DNA of 32,000 nt from Desulfotalea psychrophila LSv54. GTDB taxonomy: Bacteria; Desulfobacterota; Desulfobulbia; Desulfobulbales; Desulfocapsaceae. The notes under the pieces were generated by a model, which ran no database searches, had not been told where the DNA came from, and worked only from the letters and a program-made list of their open reading frames with translations. The stretch covers positions 3,210,001-3,242,000 of the forward strand of contig NC_006138.1 in the NCBI RefSeq assembly GCF_000025945.1, written 5' to 3'. The position numbers and the translations under genes are program-made. This document shows, in pieces, positions 25,861 through 32,000 of this stretch (positions are counted from its first letter, which is position 1; every line of letters starts with the position of its first letter).

Positions 25861-26282
25861 GACAGGAACCTCCTCAGGTATATACTGTTCGTCACCAAAC
25901 AGCTTATTAAGCAACACAAGCACGATAGGCAAAAGCATAAATCTGCAAACACAGAAAAATCAATCACCTTTGCAGGATGCTTTACCATTTAACAAATAAA
26001 GAGAACTATTTGCAACTGATACACAAATATACTTATTTATATCTGCCAGAGGACGCAAATTCAAGATTTTTTTAATCATCACTTTCTCTAAGAGTGATTT
26101 TGATGTTAAATTTAGGTTTAAAAACAGGGTTGCCAGCCACCTCCTGTGATTTTTTGATCAGAAAGCAACCTTGACACATTTTTCCTATAGTGCTATTTGA
26201 CTTTTCGGTTTATAAAATATGATACTCTAAAATTCACCTGCCCCTGACAAGGGGGGCATTTCATAATCGAGGCGAGAAAACC

Positions 26283-26708
26283 ATGGCAAAAGCACATATT
26301 AGTCCCAACAGAACGACAGACAAAACAATTCGAGCAATAGATAGAAAACGAGAAAAAGAGCGCAAACGTATGTTTCGTGCCGTTAAAGAATACGCCGATG
26401 ATTTTGCCGTAAAACTTACCCAACGTCTTATCGATCACAAGATCATTGAAGTTGATGCTGTTCAGGCTATTCAGGACACTTTTCGCGACCAGCTACAACT
26501 GCTTGAGCGTCTCGATGAATATGATATTACGCTCAAAGTTGCGCCAGTCCGTACCATTGCTCAAGACCCAAATATTGTGAGCCTCTACTTCACCCAGTAT
26601 ATCATTGAAGACCTCATCAAAAACCCTGCCGTCTTTGATGTTTACGGAGATGACCTCGATATTTACCGAGCAGTAGATTCAATTTTTCGGGTTTTGCGTG
26701 CATCATGA
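26283..26708 (+). CDS. Hypothetical small cytoplasmic protein (possibly DUF507-like), translationally coupled to the radical SAM gene
   Basis: 141-aa ORF with a basic N-terminus and an acidic helical remainder. Its stop overlaps the next start (ATGA at 26705-26708). The family assignment is only a weak recollection. Confidence 0.55.
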   Translation: MAKAHISPNRTTDKTIRAIDRKREKERKRMFRAVKEYADDFAVKLTQRLIDHKIIEVDAVQAIQDTFRDQLQLLERLDEYDITLKVAPVRTIAQDPNIVSLYFTQYIIEDLIKNPAVFDVYGDDLDIYRAVDSIFRVLRAS

Positions 26709-27994
26709 TACATCCACACACACTACCCAATTTAGTTTTTGCTGATGAGAATGGCGAGATTACTGACTTCGACGACCTGAAAATGGTTGGCATGAGTAAC
26801 GGTCAATTTTATAAACCAAGGCTTGAAGATATCATTCCACTCCCCGAAGGTAGTGAGCTCTTTGCCCTACCGGGAAGATTACCCATTGCCTGGGAGCCGG
26901 ATGAGGGCGAGCCTGTTCTCCTGGAAGCAAACCCATATACCCCTGAGGAGGGTTTACAGGCCGTTGCCGCCTTTATGTCACCTGCCCATACCTCCATCTA
27001 CACCAGTGCCTACCAAACCGAGGAGGGTGCGCCGACACTTCCCCTCTTTGCCTATACGGCGGTAGGTTGGCTCGATGATCGCTTTTGGGTAGCTGCCTTT
27101 CGAAGTGACCCCGACACTCGTCAAGATTTTGAAAATGTCAAGCAGGTTACTCTTGAGAAAAAAACCCAGAAAAAACTTCAGGAAAGCAGGGACAATAGGC
27201 TGATACAGCACATAGGAAAATGTTGTCTCACCTATGGATGTCCAGCTGCAAAAAATTATTTTCTGGGCAGATGGGAAGCGCCACTACCAACATCTCCTGT
27301 CTGTAATGCCCGTTGCCTTGGTTGCATATCCCTGCAAGAATCAGGTGAGTGCCCATCAACCCAAGACAGACTTTCTTTTGTCCCCACCCCTGCCGAGATA
27401 AGTGAGCTGGCCATTGCCCATATCATCGCAGCAGAGCGACCCATTGTCAGCTTTGGACAGGGATGCGAAGGTGAACCGTTGATGCAAGCAGATACCATCG
27501 GCAAGGCTATTAAACGTATCCGAGCAGCAACCCCCCTTGGTACCATTAATCTCAATAGCAACGCCAGTCTTCCCGACAGCATACAGCATTTGATAGAGTG
27601 TGGTCTTGACAGCCTGCGGGTGAGCATGAATTCAGCTCAGGAAAAATACTATAATAACTACTATCGCCCCAAGGGATACACTTTTAGCGATGTTAAACAG
27701 TCCATCGTTAATATGAAAAATGCTGGTCGATTTGTTTCGCTTAACTACTTCATATTACCTGGAATCACCGACTCAGAAGACGAGTTTAAGGCATTTTGCG
27801 CCTTCCTCCATGAAAAAGAGCCGGACTTTATTCAACTGCGAAATTTGAATATGGATCCTGAGTGGTATCTTTCTGAAATTGGCTTTGACAAAAATGCCAA
27901 AACAATGGGCATCCCAAATTGGTTAGCTGCCCTGAAAAAAGAATTCCCCAAACTTCGTTTTGGTTATTTCAACCCATTTTTGCCGGAATTTTAA
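26705..27994 (+). CDS. Radical SAM protein with about 190-aa N-terminal extension of unknown function
   Basis: CX3CX2C motif CNARCLGC, encoded at about 27302-27325, preceded by ..PLPTSPV. A GQGCEGEPL SAM-binding-like motif follows, then TIM-barrel-type strand patterning. Confidence 0.82.
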   Translation: MIHPHTLPNLVFADENGEITDFDDLKMVGMSNGQFYKPRLEDIIPLPEGSELFALPGRLPIAWEPDEGEPVLLEANPYTPEEGLQAVAAFMSPAHTSIYTSAYQTEEGAPTLPLFAYTAVGWLDDRFWVAAFRSDPDTRQDFENVKQVTLEKKTQKKLQESRDNRLIQHIGKCCLTYGCPAAKNYFLGRWEAPLPTSPVCNARCLGCISLQESGECPSTQDRLSFVPTPAEISELAIAHIIAAERPIVSFGQGCEGEPLMQADTIGKAIKRIRAATPLGTINLNSNASLPDSIQHLIECGLDSLRVSMNSAQEKYYNNYYRPKGYTFSDVKQSIVNMKNAGRFVSLNYFILPGITDSEDEFKAFCAFLHEKEPDFIQLRNLNMDPEWYLSEIGFDKNAKTMGIPNWLAALKKEFPKLRFGYFNPFLPEF

Positions 27995-28004
27995 AAAGGC
28001 CATT

Positions 28005-28081
28005 TGATAATTATTGATTTTTCGTCTGTTTTACTTTACCCTAAGTGATAATTTTTATTATTAACATGATAATACTATTAT
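28005..28081 (+). promoter_or_regulatory. AT-rich promoter region with Fur-box-like GATAAT repeats upstream of the Fur-family gene
   Basis: TGATAATTATTGAT (28005-28018) and GTGATAATTTTTATTATTAACATGATAATACTATTAT (28045-28081) resemble the GATAATGATAATCATTATC consensus as hexamer repeats. Confidence 0.5.
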
Positions 28082-28126
28082 TTTTAGTGTTATATAAAAC
28101 AGACAAAACAATAATTTGGTTTGATT

Positions 28127-28531
28127 ATGAATTCCCTGCCTAATATGCGCCTGACAACTCAGCGCCAGATAATCCTCGAAGAACTGGCGCGAGTTACATC
28201 TCACCCTACTGCAAACGAAGTCTATGATATGGTTAGAAAGAGGTTGCCACGCATTGGTCTTGGCACTGTCTATCGCAACCTTGAGCTGATGGCAGAAGGT
28301 GGCATCATATTAAAACTTGAGGTGGGCGGAACCCAAAAACGTTTTGACTCCACCACCACCCCCCACTACCATATTCGCTGCATCGGTTGTGGTAAGGTTG
28401 ACGATATTGATGTTCCCGTCCAGACAGAGATTAACGTCAAGGCTAACGCTGCCACAAACTACACTGTTTTGAGCCACCATATCGAGTTTAGTGGTATCTG
28501 CCAGGAGTGCCAGAAGAGAGAGGCAAATTAA
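28127..28531 (+). CDS. Fur family transcriptional regulator (Fur/Zur/PerR subtype not resolvable)
   Basis: R.T.QR..ILE.L......HPTA.EVY..V......IGLGTVYRNLE.L...G winged-helix region, plus two CxxC pairs (CIGCGK, CQEC) and an H-rich regulatory-site region. ATG at 28127 (TTG at 28121 possible). Confidence 0.85.
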   Translation: MNSLPNMRLTTQRQIILEELARVTSHPTANEVYDMVRKRLPRIGLGTVYRNLELMAEGGIILKLEVGGTQKRFDSTTTPHYHIRCIGCGKVDDIDVPVQTEINVKANAATNYTVLSHHIEFSGICQECQKREAN

Positions 28532-28579
28532 TCTCTCCCCTGAAAAACTTCTGTCAGCGCCAGAGCAACAGTCTGATAA

Positions 28580-28612
28580 GGCCATGGAGGGCTCCATGGC
28601 CATTTTTCTTTT
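28580..28612 (+). terminator. Rho-independent terminator after the Fur-family gene
   Basis: GGCCATGGAG / CTCCATGGCC inverted repeat (28580-28601) followed by ATTTTTCTTTT. Confidence 0.75.
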
Positions 28613-28633
28613 AACTACAATTCCCCAGATCTG

Positions 28634-29668
28634 TTAATGTGTGCTGTCGTAAAACCTCTTCAGCTGCAAGGAGAGGCCTGCCAGTTGCCGGGCAAGTTCA
28701 CGATTTATCCACAGATAACCAAACCAACTGATATCACTGCCCACATCTCCCCCCCCTTCCGCCTCCGGGACAACGTGCAGCAGGGCAATATCATCCCACT
28801 CAATGATCCGCACGCTCTTGCCCTCCACACCCTCGATAAGCCCATCTAAAAGGCCTGCCAGTTGATTTTTTGCATCAACAAGACCCTCCATTTCCTCTAT
28901 TTTCCTCCGCCCTTTCTGTCTACTCCAACGGGTTAAAACCAGTATCTCCACCATGGTCAAAATACGTCGTTCTATGACCAGGAGTTGCAGGAAGATCTCC
29001 TTTTGCTCAGGTCGCTCTTCTTTAACATGCTGTAACAACTTGCGCTGCTCGCCAAGACGCGCCGAGAGTGATTCAAGCAAGATGGGCTCTGCTGTACCAT
29101 CCTTCATCTGCTGATTATGTTCGCAGTAGACATCTAAACATGCAGAAAGAAAACTCTTTATAGAATCGAAATAGTGGTATATCGCCCGGGAAGGCAAAAG
29201 CCAAAAGGCACAGGCAAGAGAGATAAGCGCTGACCAAAATATATTAAATGTCCGCCACAAAGCTGAAGAGAGGTCATAGGGACCGGCACCGGCAATAATA
29301 ACTATTGTAAGGGCAACAATAACAGCCGCATGGGGATATTTTTTTTGGGCAAAATAGATGGCTCCGGCAACAGTGAACACAAAAGAAATATAGTGCAGCA
29401 GTTCAAATTTGACAGGTATAAGAAAAAGAGAGAGGCCCACAGCTGCACCAATGGCCGTACCCAATATTCTCTGTTTAGCAATAAAGAGTACCCCGCCGGT
29501 ATAGGGCACGGTCCCCATCAAGGTTATAGGAGTGATAAGAGCCCAGGTTCCATAGGGCACCTCAGCCAAAAGGACAATGGTAAGAATGGCTGTAAAGGCC
29601 ACCAGTACGCGAAATACTCGCAACCAATTATGATATTTTATGATGAAGTGTTCATAATGATTCGACAT
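28634..29668 (-). CDS. FUSC / aromatic-acid-exporter-like inner membrane protein
   Basis: The N-terminal half has about 5-6 TM helices (..RILGTAIGAAVGLSLF.. is typical of FUSC-like proteins). The C-terminal half is soluble and helical. Confidence 0.6.
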   Translation of the reverse strand: MSNHYEHFIIKYHNWLRVFRVLVAFTAILTIVLLAEVPYGTWALITPITLMGTVPYTGGVLFIAKQRILGTAIGAAVGLSLFLIPVKFELLHYISFVFTVAGAIYFAQKKYPHAAVIVALTIVIIAGAGPYDLSSALWRTFNIFWSALISLACAFWLLPSRAIYHYFDSIKSFLSACLDVYCEHNQQMKDGTAEPILLESLSARLGEQRKLLQHVKEERPEQKEIFLQLLVIERRILTMVEILVLTRWSRQKGRRKIEEMEGLVDAKNQLAGLLDGLIEGVEGKSVRIIEWDDIALLHVVPEAEGGGDVGSDISWFGYLWINRELARQLAGLSLQLKRFYDSTH

Positions 29669-29780
29669 AAGAGTCCTTTCCCATCACCCAGATCAATTTT
29701 CAGGAAAATGTACCCACCACTCTCCTGCAAAAAACATCGCCCTGTCAATTCTATCAGGGAGGGAACAAAAACGACAAGAC

Positions 29781-29821
29781 AAAAAAAGGGAGCATGGAAT
29801 GAATCCATGCCCCCTTTTTTA
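29781..29821. terminator. Bidirectional terminator downstream of tyrS
   Basis: A7, then GGGAGCATGGA (29788-29798), a 5-nt loop, TCCATGCCCCC (29804-29814, one mismatch), then T7. Confidence 0.8.
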
Positions 29822-29847
29822 ACTACCTGCCCTATGCTTACCAGTCT

Positions 29848-31065
29848 TTATGCAAAAATCACCTTAACAAAACGGCGCTTGCCAACCTTAATAAGCACCT
29901 CTCCTTCGGGAGAGATGAGCATGCTCTCATCAACGGCTTTCTCTCCGTCCAGGGAAACAGCACCCTGTTTAATCATACGGCGTCCCTCGGAGGTAGACTT
30001 CACCATCTCTGCATCGGCGAGCAACTTAGGCAACCAGATAGGCTCGTCCAAGCTCACCTGATACTCCGGCAAATCTTCCGGAATTCCACCTTTTTTAAAG
30101 ACATTCTCAAAATTCTGTTCGGCGGCAATAGCTGCCTCCTCACTATGATAACGAGCTGTAAGCTCCCGAGCCAACTGCTTCTTAACCTCTTTAGGATGCA
30201 GGGTCCCTGCTTCCATTTGAGCACGAAGATCCGCAATTTCAGCCGTCGTCAAATCACTTAAGAGCTCATAATAACGAAACATAAGATCATCGGATACCGA
30301 GAGGACCTTGCCATAAATAGAATCGGCGTCCTCGGTAATACCAATATAATTACCAAGAGATTTACTCATCTTGTTGACCCCGTCAAGACCTTCAAGCAGG
30401 GGTAGGGTGAGGACAACCTGTGGCGCTTGGCCCCTTGATCGTTGCAGGTCACGGCCCATGAGCACATTAAAGCGCTGATCGGTACCACCAATCTCAACAT
30501 CTGCCTCCAGGGCAACAGAGTCATATCCCTGAATAAGTGGGTACATGAACTCATGAATGGAAATCGGCTTACCTGATTCATAACGGTTTTTAAAATCTTC
30601 TCGCTCAAGCATTCTGGCAACAGTCAGCTCCGAGGCAAGTTGAATCATTTCATGGGCGGTCAACTTACTCAGCCAAGTACTGTTAAAAGCCACGGTGGTC
30701 TTTTCTGGATCAAGAATCTTAAAAACCTGCTTCTTGTAGGTCTCGGCGTTTTCAGCAACCTGTTCGACGGTCAGAGCCTTACGAGTCTCTGACTTGCCTG
30801 TGGGATCGCCAATCATACCGGTAAAGTCACCAATCAAAAAGATAACCTGATGCCCGAGATCCTGAAATTGCTTTAATTTCTGCAGGAGCACAGTATGACC
30901 AAGATGAAGATCCGGGGCAGTTGGATCAAAGCCGGCCTTTACCTTTAGGGGAATACCGGTCTCAGCTGATTTTTTGAGCTTTTTCACCAGTTCATCACGG
31001 GAAATACAGTCAACACATCCCCGTTCTATCAATTCTATCTGTTCTTCAAGAGAAGGCATATCCAC
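29848..31065 (-). CDS. tyrS: Tyrosine--tRNA ligase (with C-terminal S4-like domain)
   Basis: Class I signatures HLGH (..DLHLGHTV..) and KMSKS (..KMSKSLGN..), plus GGTDQ. 405 aa. Confidence 0.95.
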   Translation of the reverse strand: MDMPSLEEQIELIERGCVDCISRDELVKKLKKSAETGIPLKVKAGFDPTAPDLHLGHTVLLQKLKQFQDLGHQVIFLIGDFTGMIGDPTGKSETRKALTVEQVAENAETYKKQVFKILDPEKTTVAFNSTWLSKLTAHEMIQLASELTVARMLEREDFKNRYESGKPISIHEFMYPLIQGYDSVALEADVEIGGTDQRFNVLMGRDLQRSRGQAPQVVLTLPLLEGLDGVNKMSKSLGNYIGITEDADSIYGKVLSVSDDLMFRYYELLSDLTTAEIADLRAQMEAGTLHPKEVKKQLARELTARYHSEEAAIAAEQNFENVFKKGGIPEDLPEYQVSLDEPIWLPKLLADAEMVKSTSEGRRMIKQGAVSLDGEKAVDESMLISPEGEVLIKVGKRRFVKVIFA

Positions 31066-31123
31066 ACTCTACTTTTTTTTTATCTGTAAGCCAGGGAGGC
31101 GCAGGGTCTGCCCTCCCCATCCT

Positions 31124-32000
31124 TTATTTTGCGTACTCTACCGACCTTGTCTCACGAATAACTGTGACACGAATCTGACCTGGATAGGTAAGTTTTTCTT
31201 CAATACTTGCAGCAATATTCCTACTCAAAAGCGTCGCCTCGGCATCACTTATCTTTTGAGCATCTGCAATAATACGCAAATCACGACCCGCCTGAATTGC
31301 ATAGGATTTATCTACCCCAGGAAATTTATTAGCTATCGCCTCTAGGTCTTCTAAACGCTTAACATAACTTTGAAGCATCTCTTTACGAGCGCCGGGACGG
31401 GCGCCAGAAAGTGCATCCGCTGCCTGAACCAGGATATCCAAAACACTCTTGGGAGGTTGATCGGCATGGTGAGCACCAATTGCATAGACAATCTCATCAG
31501 GCTCGCCATATTTCTTAGCCAGATCCCGACCAATAACAGCATGGGACCCCTCAACCTCATGATCAACAGCCTTGCCGATATCATGCAACAGCCCAGCCCG
31601 CTTAGCCATTTTCACATCAATACCCAACTCGGCTGCCATGATGCCACAGAGAAAGGCCACCTCAAGAGAGTGTTGTAAGACGTTTTGCCCATAACTGGTA
31701 CGGTAACGCAAACGGCCAAGAAGTTTGATCAACTCTACGTGGACGCCATGAGCACCAACATCAAACGTTGCCTGCTCACCAGCCTCACACATAACTTCAT
31801 CAAGCTCTTTCGACACCTTCTCAACAACCTCTTCAATTCTACCTGGATGAATACGACCATCACTGATTAGTTGAATGAGAGCAAGACGGGCAACTTCACG
31901 ACGGACAGGATTGAAGCCGGAAAGAATAACAGCCTCCGGAGTATCATCAATAATAATATCAATCCCCGTTGCTGCTTCGATAGCACGAATATTGCGACCC
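31124..32000 (-). CDS. rny: Ribonuclease Y (KH + HD domains), N-terminal part lies beyond the window
   Basis: HD-domain motifs (..[15 protein letters not shown].., [15 protein letters not shown]) and a C-terminal ..[14 protein letters not shown]. The frame stays open upstream of the track's ATG and encodes KH-like ..[22 protein letters not shown]... Confidence 0.92.
   Translation of the reverse strand, partial: GRNIRAIEAATGIDIIIDDTPEAVILSGFNPVRREVARLALIQLISDGRIHPGRIEEVVEKVSKELDEVMCEAGEQATFDVGAHGVHVELIKLLGRLRYRTSYGQNVLQHSLEVAFLCGIMAAELGIDVKMAKRAGLLHDIGKAVDHEVEGSHAVIGRDLAKKYGEPDEIVYAIGAHHADQPPKSVLDILVQAADALSGARPGARKEMLQSYVKRLEDLEAIANKFPGVDKSYAIQAGRDLRIIADAQKISDAEATLLSRNIAASIEEKLTYPGQIRVTVIRETRSVEYAK

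Noticed and set aside
29330-30061. 243-aa plus-strand ORF overlapping the FUSC-like and tyrS genes; likewise 3652-4203 (-), 3944-4390 (-), 622-1110 (+), 20589-21044 (+) and 17402-17836 (+)
   Set aside because: These are antisense or out-of-frame shadows of well-supported genes. They have low-complexity or Arg/Ser/Pro-rich translations and no independent motif.
1-32000. Mobile genetic element / genomic island interpretation of the accessory-looking regions
   Set aside because: No transposase, integrase, recombinase, phage or conjugation genes are present, and no tRNA gene lies at any boundary. The repeats present are tandem arrays or short hairpin elements rather than IS-type terminal inverted repeats.

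Overview
This window looks like a chromosomal segment of a Gram-negative, probably deltaproteobacterial-type, genome. That taxonomic guess rests on gene content only and is unverified. I call 26 CDSs, and most are housekeeping. They include queA (5' truncated), a yhhQ-type queuosine-precursor transporter, a LolA-like protein, a 4xS1-domain protein, and a long U32 peptidase-family protein. There is also a GNAT, an M20 amidohydrolase, rlmB-gmk-remA-yicC, skp, pal, a Fur-family regulator, a FUSC-like membrane protein, tyrS and rny (truncated at the 3' edge). I saw no rRNA, tRNA, transposase, integrase or cas genes. Four things stand out. (1) A tandem pair of paralogous genes encodes signal peptide + CX5R tyrosine-phosphatase passenger + autotransporter beta-barrel. 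Their signal peptides and barrels are near-identical but their passengers have diverged. (2) Two non-coding tandem arrays, at about 9515-9934 and 19004-19297, both have an exact 42-bp period, and each unit carries a short palindrome. They sit upstream of two convergent operons, apparently in mirror orientation. (3) One of those operons is a translationally coupled polytopic membrane protein + GTPase pair, which I recall as the uncharacterised DUF2868/DUF3482 families. The other encodes the U32 protein and a 1058-aa DUF748/AsmA-like protein. (4) A small protein is translationally coupled to an N-terminally extended radical SAM enzyme, next to the Fur-family gene. All family names come from motif recognition by eye, because no searches could be run.
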